Of a stretch of DNA of 64,000 bases, positions 18,439 to 28,461 are shown in pieces (the stretch's first letter is position 1; each line of letters opens with the position of its first letter). Made by a program: the position numbers and the translations under genes. The DNA lies in NCBI GenBank assembly GCA_963693055.1, contig OY843751.1:3330359-3394358 (forward strand), in the 5' to 3' direction. The notes beneath the pieces were generated by a model. It did not search any database. It saw nothing but the letters and a program-made list of their open reading frames with translations, and was not told the DNA's origin. This stretch comes from a bacterium. GTDB lineage: Bacteria > Zhuqueibacterota > Zhuqueibacteria > Residuimicrobiales > Krinioviventaceae.

Positions 18439-21400
18439 ATGATCCAATTTAATAAAATACTTGTTGTTTGCGTTGTCTTTTTCAATATTTCTTTAATCTT
18501 TGCTCAGAATATTGAATTTCTAAGGTCAAGAAACGAGCAACTGGAACAACGTGATTTGAATAGATACAGGTGGGACCACTTGACTAAACGTGATGGTTTA
18601 GGCCAGGGAAATGTTGACTATATTTTAAAAAAGTCTGATGGAAATATTTGGATGGTTACCGGCAGCCAGGGTGCAGAAGGTACAGGCATAACCATTTGGG
18701 ATGGATATAAATTTAGAAAGCTTACCACAGATAATGGGCTCTCTACAAATCAAATAACTTCAATTATAGAAGATCTTGAAGGAAATGTTTGGATAGGTAC
18801 AAAAACAAAAGGATTGGCAGTATATCTCAACGATAATATTTGGAAATATTACACCACAAAAGATGGATTAAAAAATAACTTTATTACCTCTTTATATGCT
18901 GACAGACAGGGGCGTATATGGGTAGGCTCATTAAATGGTGTTTCCTTTTTTCAAAATAATGAATTCTTGTCGCTGCAACATTCACCAATGACAGATTCAC
19001 TGGCAATACAAGCTATCTATCAGGCTCCCGATAAGAGCATGTGGTTTGCACAGGAGCCGGGTAATGTTTTTCGTTATAAAGACGGTAAATGGAAATACTG
19101 GACATTATCACAAAATTCATTATGGACGAATATAAATCATTACAACTTTGTTGAATTTAAGCCTAATGAACTATGGTTGCCAACCAATAATGGTATATTT
19201 ATTTTTACAAAAGACCGATATAAACATATCGATACCCGAAACGGACTTCCAGGAAATCAAATTACAGATTTAAAAAAATTCAGCAATGGGAATTTGTACC
19301 TTTGTACAGAATTTAATGGAATTGGTGTCTATGATGGTAATATTTGGAGACATTATAACGATTATGATGGACTCGGAAACGACGTAACGTTTTCTATTGT
19401 CGAAAATGGCGATAATATTCTTATTGGTACCATGACGGGGCTCACAGTATGGCATCCATCAAATTGGAAATACATTACAAAACAAAACGGCTTGTTAACC
19501 AATAGTGTACGTAATGTATTAATTCAGGAGGATAACAGCATATGGTTTTCCACTCCTATGGGCATTGCCGTAAATGAAAATGGTAAATGGCGTTATTTCC
19601 ATCAAAAAGATGGCTTGCCGGGAAAATTCTGCAATAAACTATACAGCGATAACCAAAATAATATTTGGGTCACCTGTACCGACTGGCAATCCAAAGAAAG
19701 CGGCATGGCAATTTATAACAAAAGCACATCTAGATTTGATTATAAAGGGAATTTTCAATCCTTTATTTTCAAAAGTTCAGATGGTGCAGTATGGGCAGGT
19801 AATACAAATAACTGGAAGACCCAAAGAGATCTATTAGTCAGAATTAAAGATGATGTAAAAACAACCTTTAATGAACAAAACGGATTTCCTCTTCTCTCCT
19901 GCTATGGCGGTTTTGAAGCTAAAGATGGTTCCATTTGGATTTATTCAAAACATAATGGAATTGCTGTTTTCAAAAATGAAAATTGGAAACATTTAACAAC
20001 AAAAGATGGTTTGTGCAGTAATAAAATCAGTTCCATGTATCAAACCAGAAATGGAGATATTTGGGTTGGGAGCATGGACAAGGGTGTTTCTATTTACAAA
20101 GAATACAAGTGGAATACTTTTGATAAAAGAAACGGATTTAATGGATCATTCATTAATAATATTCTGGAGACAAAAGAAGGTCATATCTGGTTTGGCTCAG
20201 AAGGTGATGGCATTATCATTTTTGATGGTGAAAACTTTGAACAAATGACCAAACATGGGGGCTTGCCAAGTAATCTGATTTGGGACCTAGACCTGGCAAA
20301 AGATGGCTCAATCTGGGTTAGTACCAAAGACAAAGGCGTTGCAATTTATAAACATTCGGAAAACAAAATACCTCAAACTATAGTATATGATAATGCAAAT
20401 TGGTTAATAAGTAATAATAATAATAAAAACAACTATTATACGATCTTGGAAGATAGCACTCAATATTTGAATAATGTAAGTATTGCCGGACTAAACTGCC
20501 ATCCGACAAGAAAATTAAATGATATTGTAATTAAGGGAAATAAGCTTGACCTGTATGTAGATGCACTTGTCAAATGGCATAAAACAAACTCTGGGATGTT
20601 TAATTATTCATGGAAAATTGATGATCAACCTTGGAGCAAATATGTAAAGGGACCGGTAATTCATATTAAAGATTTAACCAGCGGTCCTCATACATTAGCG
20701 GTACGAGCCAAATCTCCACTGTTTCATGTAGATCCTAACCCTGTGATAGTTGAATTTCGTATCATCAAACCTGTTCCTGTGCTGGCAATCAGTTTTATAA
20801 TTTTGGGAATTATTATCGTATTAATTTCTATTAAACTGTTTGTCATCTCTCAGGAAAAGAAGCGCATTAAATATGATATGGAAGAAGCAGAACGCCAGAT
20901 AGAAATTGCCGAACAAGACCGTCGAATTTTAGAACTGGAAAAACTACGGGCCATACAGGAAAAAGAAATAGAACGTAAAGAAAAAGAATATTCTCTTCAG
21001 GCACAAAAAGTATTAGAAGAAGCTAAAGACCTGGCTGAAGAAGCTACCCGGGCCAAGAGTGAATTTCTTGCCAATATGAGTCACGAAATTAGAACTCCCA
21101 TGAATGCCGTAATAGGGCTTACCGGATTATTGCTCGAAACAGAACTGGATGAAGAACAACGCGATTATGTAGAAACTGTCAAATCCAGTGGTGATGCACT
21201 CATGTCCGTAATAAACGATATTCTGGATTATTCTAAAATTGAATCCGGAAAAATGCAATTTGAACAACAACCATTTAAACTGCGGGATTGTATCGAAAGT
21301 TGTCTGGAGTATCATGCAACCAATGCAGCTAAAAAAAACCTGGATCTTACTTATTATATTGAACCCGGCATTCCTGATGTAATCATCGGAGACTTTAACA

Positions 21401-22611
21401 GGATACGACAAATCCTCAATAACCTGCTGAGTAATGCAGTAAAATTTACAAATTATGGTGACATTTTTGTGCACGCTAATGCAGCTCAAAAAAACGATGA
21501 ATATGAATTTCATCTGATGGTCAAAGATACGGGTATTGGCATTGAAGCAGATAAAGTGGATCATGTATTCAGATCATTTACTCAAGCAGATGCTTCCACT
21601 ACCCGTAAATATGGCGGTACAGGATTGGGTCTTACTATCAGTAAAAGCTTGTGTGAAAAAATGGGTGGAACCATGTGGGTTAACAGCCAACCGGACAAGG
21701 GTTCATCCTTTCACTTTACTTTCTTAGCTCAGGGTAACATTACTCTGCAAAATGAGTTAAAACCAGATAATGAAGACAACTTTAACAACCGTAACATTTT
21801 AATTGTAGATGATAATGATACAAACCGGCGTATTCTTTCAATCATGCTGAAACGTTGGGGCATGAACACCCGAGATGTTGCAACCGGTCAAGAAGCTTTA
21901 GAATTGCTAGATCATGGAGCAGAGTTTGATTTGGCAATTCTTGATTTACAAATGCCTGAAATGGACGGTATAATGCTCGCTGAAAAAATCAGAGAGACTA
22001 AAAGTGCAGAAACGCTTCCCCTTGTTATGTTGACTTCGGTCGGTTTCAGGGATAATGATGAAAAATTTAAGGCATTGAAATTTTCAAGTTTTGTTCATAA
22101 ACCGGTAAAACAATCAAGTTTGTTCAATATTCTCATGCATATCTTTGATGGCAAATTGCCTAGAAAAATCAAAGAAAAAGAACCTCGGGATAATAAAAAT
22201 TCAGAATTCGCCCGCCATTATCCATTGCAAATACTGGTTGCTGAAGATAATCCTATTAATCAGAAACTGGCGCAACGTATCCTGGAAAAATATGGCTATA
22301 CTCCATCCATTGTTGATAACGGACTGGAAGCAGTACATGCGTTGGATCAGCATAATTTCGATCTGGTGTTAATGGATGTGCAAATGCCTGAAATGGATGG
22401 CTACGAAGCAACAAAGATAATTACCGAACGTTTTGGCGGCAGCAGACCCTTTATTATTGCAATGACTGCAAATGCCATGGAAGGTGATCGTGAAAAGTGC
22501 CTGCAAGCCGGCATGGATGATTACGTTAGCAAACCCATTCATCTTGAACACTTGTTAGATTTGTTCAAAGAATATTATGGAAAAATTGTGGATTTAAAAG
22601 CATCGGCATGA
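18439..22611 (+). CDS. Hybrid sensor histidine kinase: periplasmic two-component-regulator beta-propeller (Reg_prop) repeats + Y_Y_Y domain + TM + HisKA + HATPase_c + two receiver domains (HTCS-like but lacking an AraC output)
   Basis: Signal peptide, then many Reg_prop repeats (NxWIGTxxGL). The Y_Y_Y-like motif is [15 protein letters not shown] and the TM segment is [16 protein letters not shown] coiled coil precedes the H-box [19 protein letters not shown]. The G2 box is [10 protein letters not shown]. The two receivers read [12 protein letters not shown] and [11 protein letters not shown]. Confidence 0.9.
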   Translation: MIQFNKILVVCVVFFNISLIFAQNIEFLRSRNEQLEQRDLNRYRWDHLTKRDGLGQGNVDYILKKSDGNIWMVTGSQGAEGTGITIWDGYKFRKLTTDNGLSTNQITSIIEDLEGNVWIGTKTKGLAVYLNDNIWKYYTTKDGLKNNFITSLYADRQGRIWVGSLNGVSFFQNNEFLSLQHSPMTDSLAIQAIYQAPDKSMWFAQEPGNVFRYKDGKWKYWTLSQNSLWTNINHYNFVEFKPNELWLPTNNGIFIFTKDRYKHIDTRNGLPGNQITDLKKFSNGNLYLCTEFNGIGVYDGNIWRHYNDYDGLGNDVTFSIVENGDNILIGTMTGLTVWHPSNWKYITKQNGLLTNSVRNVLIQEDNSIWFSTPMGIAVNENGKWRYFHQKDGLPGKFCNKLYSDNQNNIWVTCTDWQSKESGMAIYNKSTSRFDYKGNFQSFIFKSSDGAVWAGNTNNWKTQRDLLVRIKDDVKTTFNEQNGFPLLSCYGGFEAKDGSIWIYSKHNGIAVFKNENWKHLTTKDGLCSNKISSMYQTRNGDIWVGSMDKGVSIYKEYKWNTFDKRNGFNGSFINNILETKEGHIWFGSEGDGIIIFDGENFEQMTKHGGLPSNLIWDLDLAKDGSIWVSTKDKGVAIYKHSENKIPQTIVYDNANWLISNNNNKNNYYTILEDSTQYLNNVSIAGLNCHPTRKLNDIVIKGNKLDLYVDALVKWHKTNSGMFNYSWKIDDQPWSKYVKGPVIHIKDLTSGPHTLAVRAKSPLFHVDPNPVIVEFRIIKPVPVLAISFIILGIIIVLISIKLFVISQEKKRIKYDMEEAERQIEIAEQDRRILELEKLRAIQEKEIERKEKEYSLQAQKVLEEAKDLAEEATRAKSEFLANMSHEIRTPMNAVIGLTGLLLETELDEEQRDYVETVKSSGDALMSVINDILDYSKIESGKMQFEQQPFKLRDCIESCLEYHATNAAKKNLDLTYYIEPGIPDVIIGDFNRIRQILNNLLSNAVKFTNYGDIFVHANAAQKNDEYEFHLMVKDTGIGIEADKVDHVFRSFTQADASTTRKYGGTGLGLTISKSLCEKMGGTMWVNSQPDKGSSFHFTFLAQGNITLQNELKPDNEDNFNNRNILIVDDNDTNRRILSIMLKRWGMNTRDVATGQEALELLDHGAEFDLAILDLQMPEMDGIMLAEKIRETKSAETLPLVMLTSVGFRDNDEKFKALKFSSFVHKPVKQSSLFNILMHIFDGKLPRKIKEKEPRDNKNSEFARHYPLQILVAEDNPINQKLAQRILEKYGYTPSIVDNGLEAVHALDQHNFDLVLMDVQMPEMDGYEATKIITERFGGSRPFIIAMTANAMEGDREKCLQAGMDDYVSKPIHLEHLLDLFKEYYGKIVDLKASA

Positions 22612-22781
22612 CAGAAAAGTAGGCCATAATGACAGATTTACTGACAATCCTGCAATTATTCTGGCAACTCCGCAAATCCGCTAACTGACTGTTAATTAGC
22701 TGCTTACATCATAAAATATCTTTTGCACAGAATTTGCTGCATAGACTCAAAAAAATGCATCAAATTCATGAAAGGATAATC

Positions 22782-24677
22782 ATGGCAGAAAAATCATCTC
22801 AGTACCAGTTTCAAGCCGAAGTAAACCAACTACTGGATATTTTAACCCACTCTTTATATACTCACCGGGATATCTTTGTTAGAGAATTGGTCTCTAATGC
22901 AGCCGATGCGCTGGATAAAGCTCGATTCAAATCTATCAAGGGTGAAGAGATCAACGATTCCGATCTGGATCTTGAAATCCGTATTGATCTCGACAAAGAC
23001 AACAAAACCATTACCCTCTCCGATACAGGTATCGGAATGACCAAAGATGAGCTGATCAATAATATTGGTACCATTGCCCGCTCAGGAACCTCTGACTTTG
23101 TTAAACAATTGTCACAGGAAAATGAAAAAGACGTTAATTTGATTGGACGTTTTGGAGTTGGATTTTATTCTGTTTTCATGGCAGGCGAAAAAGTAGAAAT
23201 TACTACGCAATCTGCTACTCCGGGTGAACCTACATGGGTATGGATTAGTGACGGAAAAGGCGAGTTTACTATTGACGAAGCAGAAACGCCTGCCAAACGC
23301 GGCACTCAGATCAAAGTCTTTCTTCGTGAAGATGCTGAACAATTTGCTGATTCCTATACTATTAAAAATGCTATTGAAAAATATTCAAATTTTGTATCGT
23401 TCCCTATCAAGCTCGACAGTGAACAGGTTAACACTATATCCGCTATCTGGAGAGAACCCAAAAGCAGCTTAAAAAAAGAACAATATACAGAATTCTTTAA
23501 ATATCTAGCAAAACAACCGGATGACCCTATAACTTATCTGCATTTTAGTGCCGATGCCCCCATACAGTTCAACTCGTTGATATTTGTTCCCAAGACCAAT
23601 CTTGAGCTTATGGGATTCGGACGCGATGAAGAAGGCATTCACATGTTTGTTAAACGTGTTCTGGTAGATGCACACTCTAAAGATATTCTGCCCAATTATC
23701 TGCGTTTTGCAAGCGGTGTTGTAGAAAGTGATGAACTGCCCCTCAACATTTCCAGAGAAACCTTGCAGGAAAACCCGTACATGATGAAAATCAAAAATAC
23801 GGTTGTTAACAAATTCCTCAGTCATTTACAGGACTTTTCCAAAGATGAGGAAGCATACAAAGAATTCTGGAACCAGCATGGCAGAATCCTCAAAGAAGGT
23901 TATAACGATTTTCAGCTTAAAGACAAGCTGGTAGAGTTGTTTAGATTCAACTCTTCAAAGTGTGAAAATGGAGATGAACTGGTATCTCTTCGCACTTATG
24001 TGGACCGCATGTCTGAAAAACAACAGGATATCTATTATCTGTCAGGTTCATCACGCGAGGCTATTGAAAATAATCCCGCAATGGACTTGTTCAAATCAAA
24101 AGATATTGAAGTTTTGTACAGTTTCGATCCGATCGATGAGTTTGTACTTTCAGGCATTATGGAATATGATAAAAAGAAATTCGTTTCCGTTGACCAGGCT
24201 GATCTCGGTCATTTGAATGACATTCCCAATCAGGAAAAAGATGAAGAAAAAGAAGAAAAAGAAGAAACAAAATCTGAAGATTTGAAAGATTTTGATAATC
24301 TTGCAAGACGCATCAAAGACATTTTAGGCGGCAAGGTTGAAGATGTTCGCCTGTCTGAGCGGTTGGTCAAGAATCCTGCTGTATTGATTGGATCACAAGG
24401 CGGCATGTCTGCGCAGATGGAAAAGATCATGCATCTCTATAACCAGGATGCCAAATTGGCGCCCAAGGTAATGGAGATTAATCCCAAACATTCGGTAATC
24501 AAAAACATGTTGTCCATTTACAAAAAAGATGTAGCTGACCCTCTTTTGAACAAACTCGCTAACAACCTGTTTAATAGCGTGGCTTTGCTTGATGGCAACA
24601 TTCAAGATCCCCATGAAATGGCAGCAACAATACAGGAACTACTGGAAGAAACTTCCAAACTCTATATTAAAGAATAA
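22782..24677 (+). CDS. htpG: Molecular chaperone HtpG (Hsp90 family)
   Basis: Signature motifs are FQAEVNQLLDIL...RELVSNAADALDK and GTIARSGT, and the C-terminal acidic linker is KDEEKEEKEE. The start is chosen at the M of MAEKSSQYQFQAE. The ORF-track start at 22734 is 16 codons upstream. Confidence 0.93.
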   Translation: MAEKSSQYQFQAEVNQLLDILTHSLYTHRDIFVRELVSNAADALDKARFKSIKGEEINDSDLDLEIRIDLDKDNKTITLSDTGIGMTKDELINNIGTIARSGTSDFVKQLSQENEKDVNLIGRFGVGFYSVFMAGEKVEITTQSATPGEPTWVWISDGKGEFTIDEAETPAKRGTQIKVFLREDAEQFADSYTIKNAIEKYSNFVSFPIKLDSEQVNTISAIWREPKSSLKKEQYTEFFKYLAKQPDDPITYLHFSADAPIQFNSLIFVPKTNLELMGFGRDEEGIHMFVKRVLVDAHSKDILPNYLRFASGVVESDELPLNISRETLQENPYMMKIKNTVVNKFLSHLQDFSKDEEAYKEFWNQHGRILKEGYNDFQLKDKLVELFRFNSSKCENGDELVSLRTYVDRMSEKQQDIYYLSGSSREAIENNPAMDLFKSKDIEVLYSFDPIDEFVLSGIMEYDKKKFVSVDQADLGHLNDIPNQEKDEEKEEKEETKSEDLKDFDNLARRIKDILGGKVEDVRLSERLVKNPAVLIGSQGGMSAQMEKIMHLYNQDAKLAPKVMEINPKHSVIKNMLSIYKKDVADPLLNKLANNLFNSVALLDGNIQDPHEMAATIQELLEETSKLYIKE

Positions 24678-24690
24678 ATAGCTATAAATT

Positions 24691-24724
24691 AAAAAAGGAC
24701 GGCCAATTAGCCGTCCTTTTTTTT
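24691..24724. terminator. Bidirectional rho-independent terminator between htpG (+) and nrdA (-)
   Basis: A6-GGACGGC-CAATTA-GCCGTCC-T8: a perfect 7-bp GC-rich stem flanked by an A-tract and a T-tract. Confidence 0.75.
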
Positions 24725-24786
24725 GTCGTTTATATATAAATCCAGGCGTAATCGCCAGATTTTCTTACGCCCGGATTTGGGAGGAG

Positions 24787-27222
24787 TCATTCACAACTGG
24801 GGCAAATCTTTGCCAGCATGGGATCAGTGGGGCATCCTTCCAGGCTGCCCGATTTCACCTGGTCTACCATTTCATCACCATACTTTTCACGTGCCTCAAG
24901 TTCAATCTGATTCAAATCAGAGAGTTCTACAATGGGTTCCTCAATCGTGATGGATTCTTTTGGTTTGCCATTACCATTTCCATTTGAACCGGCGCGCTTG
25001 CCGAATCCCTTTCGTTCACCACGTTTATTGACATTTGAGGTATATTTCTCGCCCTTGATGGTTTTATCAATAAAGCAGTAATAGGTAGATTTCAATTCCA
25101 TTTTCCATGCATACTGGTAAATCTCGTCCATGTTTGCACGCAAATCTTCATTAATGTAAAGTGATTTGGAAACTGCCTGGTCAATATGACGCTGAAACGC
25201 GGCTGCAATCTCAATCTGTCTGAATGGAGATATTTCATAAGCTGATTTGAACAAGGCTTTATCAATTTTTCCATCCAGTTCATCTATGTACTGTACAGAT
25301 CCGTTTTGACCTTTAATGATCTCGTACATTTCATCATTCCAGAGATCTTTTTCTTCAAGCATCTGCATAAGCTTTTTGTTAACTACAATAAATTTACCGG
25401 ACAATGTATCGCGCGAGTATATATTACTGAAAAAGCTGTCTATGGTTGATGTTGTTCCTGCTATAATAGAAATGGAAGCAGTTGGAGCAATTGCCAGCAG
25501 AACAGAATTTCTGCGGGGTTTATAGTTATACGGTTTGCCTTTTTCCTGCATTTCTAAGTAATGCGCAAACGCGCCCTTTGCCTCAGCCATGGCTTCAGAT
25601 TTTGCATAGGCTGTCTCTTTAAAAAACGCAGCAATCTTGTCTGCCATCTGCACAGCCCTATCAGAATCATAAGCGATACCCAGATCCAGCAATGCTTCCG
25701 CAAAGCCCATAAGTCCCACTCCCATGGGTCTCAAATCCATGGTATTCTTTTTTGATTCCGGTGAGGGATAAAAATTCCTGTCCATAATATTATCAAGCGC
25801 AAGAACAGCGGTTTCTATGGTATCTTTTAATTTTTCCCAATCAATATCAGTCTTTTCCGCATTTACATGTCGAGATAGATTCAACGATGCCAGGGTACAT
25901 ACCGCGGTTGAACCGGGAGAATTGGGAATTGATATTTCTGTACATAAATTTGAACTATTGATAATACTGTAATCTGGACAAGGGTTATGGCGATTATGCG
26001 CATCCTTGAATGTGAGCCATGGATGCCCTGTCTTGGCTAGTTTGAACAGATATTTTTTATAAAATTCTTTACTGTCAACCTTGCGCCAGAGTTTGAGCTT
26101 GCCCGCTTCGGCATCACGAATATATTTTTTATACTTTTTTGTAAAATCATCACCAATGGCTTCAACCAGATCGGGACATTCGGCAGGATCAAACAAATAT
26201 AATGGATCACCCCTGTCAATACGATGCATCATTTCATCCGGCATCCAGAAAGCAGTATTCAGGGAGGGTGTTCGCAGATACGCGTTACCGGTTGTTTCTT
26301 TTAAATCCAGAAACGCTTCAATATCATAATGCCAGGGCTGAATATAGACTACCTGCGAGCTTCTCCTTCTGCCACCCTGCTGTATAGCGTTAACCGTTGT
26401 ATCAAAAATCTTGATGAATGGAATGATCCCTGAAGATCTTGCATTCAACGAATGAATTGCGGAACCCGTTGCTCTGATGCGGGTTACATCTGTTCCTACA
26501 CCACCGGCGAATTTCGCAAGCAATGACGTTTCGCGCACCTTGTCCATAATGCCCATCAGATCATCATCCACCACATTAATATAACAACTGCTGTACTGAC
26601 TGGTAGTCATGCCGGAATTATACAAGGATGGTGTGGAATGCAGGTACTCAAGATTGGATAGCTTGTTATAAATTTTCACAACTTGTTCTTCATTGTCTCC
26701 AATGCCCATGGCAACACGCATAAAAAACCATTGTAGTTTTTCAATAATCTCATAATTTCTGTCACGGGTAAAATAACGGTTCTGCAGAGTAGATAATCCA
26801 AAATAGTCCAGCTCATCGTTACGGGATTCTTGAATTGCGTTTTCAATTTTCTTTAGATCAAAATCGAGCAGGTCTTTTTTAAGGATATTCTCTTTAACGC
26901 CAAACTTGACATATTCACTAAAAGTTTTAAAACGCAGATCAATTTTACGGTTAATGATCTTTTGCAATTGCCGCACTGCCAGTCTGTCATAGATTGTATT
27001 GCGCGGAATGAGCTGTTCAATGGCTTTTAATACCAGGTAATCCAGTTCTTCTGTGGTAACCCTCTCAGGAACCTTAAGATCCAGTTCCTTCAATACTTTG
27101 TATACAATGCCGTAATCATCCTGAATGTCCATATCTTCAAGCAGCCAGAAAATAGCATTCACAATTTTACGGGTTTGAAATTTCTCTTCCACCCCTTCGC
27201 GTTTAACAACAATTCTCTCCAA
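24787..27222 (-). CDS. nrdA: Ribonucleoside-diphosphate reductase large subunit (class I NrdA) with an N-terminal ATP-cone and an extended Gly/Asn/Lys-rich, Cys-containing C-terminal tail
   Basis: The ATP-cone reads MERIVVKREGVEEKFQTRKIV. The catalytic region has NLCTEIS and the PxGxG-type loop. The tail reads ...GNGNGKPKESITIEE...GCPTDPMLAKICPSCE. The co-oriented nrdB lies immediately upstream. Confidence 0.93.
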   Translation of the reverse strand: MERIVVKREGVEEKFQTRKIVNAIFWLLEDMDIQDDYGIVYKVLKELDLKVPERVTTEELDYLVLKAIEQLIPRNTIYDRLAVRQLQKIINRKIDLRFKTFSEYVKFGVKENILKKDLLDFDLKKIENAIQESRNDELDYFGLSTLQNRYFTRDRNYEIIEKLQWFFMRVAMGIGDNEEQVVKIYNKLSNLEYLHSTPSLYNSGMTTSQYSSCYINVVDDDLMGIMDKVRETSLLAKFAGGVGTDVTRIRATGSAIHSLNARSSGIIPFIKIFDTTVNAIQQGGRRRSSQVVYIQPWHYDIEAFLDLKETTGNAYLRTPSLNTAFWMPDEMMHRIDRGDPLYLFDPAECPDLVEAIGDDFTKKYKKYIRDAEAGKLKLWRKVDSKEFYKKYLFKLAKTGHPWLTFKDAHNRHNPCPDYSIINSSNLCTEISIPNSPGSTAVCTLASLNLSRHVNAEKTDIDWEKLKDTIETAVLALDNIMDRNFYPSPESKKNTMDLRPMGVGLMGFAEALLDLGIAYDSDRAVQMADKIAAFFKETAYAKSEAMAEAKGAFAHYLEMQEKGKPYNYKPRRNSVLLAIAPTASISIIAGTTSTIDSFFSNIYSRDTLSGKFIVVNKKLMQMLEEKDLWNDEMYEIIKGQNGSVQYIDELDGKIDKALFKSAYEISPFRQIEIAAAFQRHIDQAVSKSLYINEDLRANMDEIYQYAWKMELKSTYYCFIDKTIKGEKYTSNVNKRGERKGFGKRAGSNGNGNGKPKESITIEEPIVELSDLNQIELEAREKYGDEMVDQVKSGSLEGCPTDPMLAKICPSCE

Positions 27223-27237
27223 GATGACTCCCTCCTC

Positions 27238-28227
27238 TTAATAATTGGTATATTCGGTAGATGATACTTCAAAAAAGTTGGTTAATTTTTTCAGATCTTC
27301 CTTTTGCAGGAATTTGAGCGGATTCTCATCCACATAATAGTGTGGTTCAAATCCCAGTTCTTCCAGTCGCCGGTCTGTTACATATTTCAGGTACAGTTCC
27401 AGTTCCTTGTAGGTCAAACCATAGATTGTGCGTCCACCGAATATTCGCTGTAAATACTCAAATTCCAGATTGGCGCCATCAATAATAATATTGCGGATCT
27501 CGTCTACAAAATCATAATCGTCAACAATCTCAGGGGTCTCTTCAATAAGAATCAGTATAGCTTCAATACCATTCTGCAAGTGCAGGCTCTCGTCTATCAA
27601 TACCAGTTCAACACCAGATACTACATTTTTCATTTTTCCGGTATCTTTCATGGCAAAGAAATGCGCGAACGATGAATAAAAGAAAATACCTTCCATTACT
27701 ATATTATTCAGCAATATACTTTTTACGATCTGCTTTCTACCATCAACCGAATAGGGATCACCTTTACCATAGGTGAGCTTGTCTACTTCACGGATTACAA
27801 TATCCTGTTTTTCTTTTAGCAGTTTATCGGTTTGGGTTATTTTGTACATTTTACTGCGGTCCATTTCAAATGTCTGCATTACGCTTTCGAAAAAATCACT
27901 GTGGATATTTTCAACAAACATCTGCGTGGTAAATGACATTTTGGCATAAGGATCGATCAACAACGGAAAAAATCCGTTTACTAGCACATTGCCTACCAGC
28001 AATTCGGATGATGAAAAATATCCTACAGCCATATCAAACACTTCTTTTTCTGAAGCACTCAACGAGTTGTAATCCAATACATCCTGTTGAATGTTTAGCT
28101 CTTCCGGAAACCAGATGGCTTGTTTTTGTTGTTTATAGAGTTCTTTGAAAATGGGGAATTTGGGATCATCGCTGATATCGATATTTTCCCTGACCGAAGT
28201 TTTGCCAATCAAAGCGGATTTCTGCAT
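27238..28227 (-). CDS. nrdB: Ribonucleotide reductase small subunit NrdB; by residue pattern it is probably a class Ic (R2c, Mn/Fe) rather than a tyrosyl-radical class Ia protein
   Basis: The ferritin-like ligands are intact (SSSELLV, VENIHS, MEGIFF, IDESLH). The ExxHSxxY motif reads ENIHSDFF, so Phe occupies the radical-Tyr position. The first ligand is Glu rather than Asp. A GGAGGAG RBS precedes it, and the C-terminus reads ...EYTNY. Confidence 0.9.
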   Translation of the reverse strand: MQKSALIGKTSVRENIDISDDPKFPIFKELYKQQKQAIWFPEELNIQQDVLDYNSLSASEKEVFDMAVGYFSSSELLVGNVLVNGFFPLLIDPYAKMSFTTQMFVENIHSDFFESVMQTFEMDRSKMYKITQTDKLLKEKQDIVIREVDKLTYGKGDPYSVDGRKQIVKSILLNNIVMEGIFFYSSFAHFFAMKDTGKMKNVVSGVELVLIDESLHLQNGIEAILILIEETPEIVDDYDFVDEIRNIIIDGANLEFEYLQRIFGGRTIYGLTYKELELYLKYVTDRRLEELGFEPHYYVDENPLKFLQKEDLKKLTNFFEVSSTEYTNY

Positions 28228-28366
28228 AGTTACTCCTCCTCAATATGAATATATTCCGTTTTGTTAAAAGGCCATTAATAACAGCTCTTTTTGATGTGAT
28301 TTAATGTGGTGATTCTGGCTTACTGCACAAAAATTTTGGGTGCAGGAGTTATACAACGAGGAAGTC

Positions 28367-28398
28367 CCCCTATATATTCCCATATATAGGGGTTTTTT
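28367..28398. promoter_or_regulatory. Perfect hairpin/palindrome in the nrdB leader (CCCCTATATAT-TCCC-ATATATAGGGG followed by T6)
   Basis: Arms of 11 bp lie 140-165 bp upstream of the nrdB ATG. Read on the plus strand it has intrinsic-terminator geometry. An adjacent NrdR-box-like 16-mer, ACACTAAATATAGTAA, lies at about 28408-28423. Confidence 0.4.
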
Positions 28399-28461
28399 CA
28401 AATTTTTACACTAAATATAGTAATTTAATGAGATTTATTACAATAGCTTGTGCAAACAATC

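Noticed and set aside
22734-22781. The 16-codon N-terminal extension of htpG (MLHRLKKMHQIHERII) given in the ORF track was noticed.
   Set aside because: HtpG proteins begin close to the conserved FQAE motif. The internal ATG at 22782 is the more plausible start. Upstream sequence shows no conservation or signal, so the extension is treated as an over-call.
28367-28398. The hairpin in the nrd leader was considered as a cobalamin riboswitch, which precedes nrd genes in some genomes.
   Set aside because: The element is only about 30 nt and is a simple AT-rich palindrome. The roughly 230-nt leader is too short and lacks the B12-box, so it is not a riboswitch.
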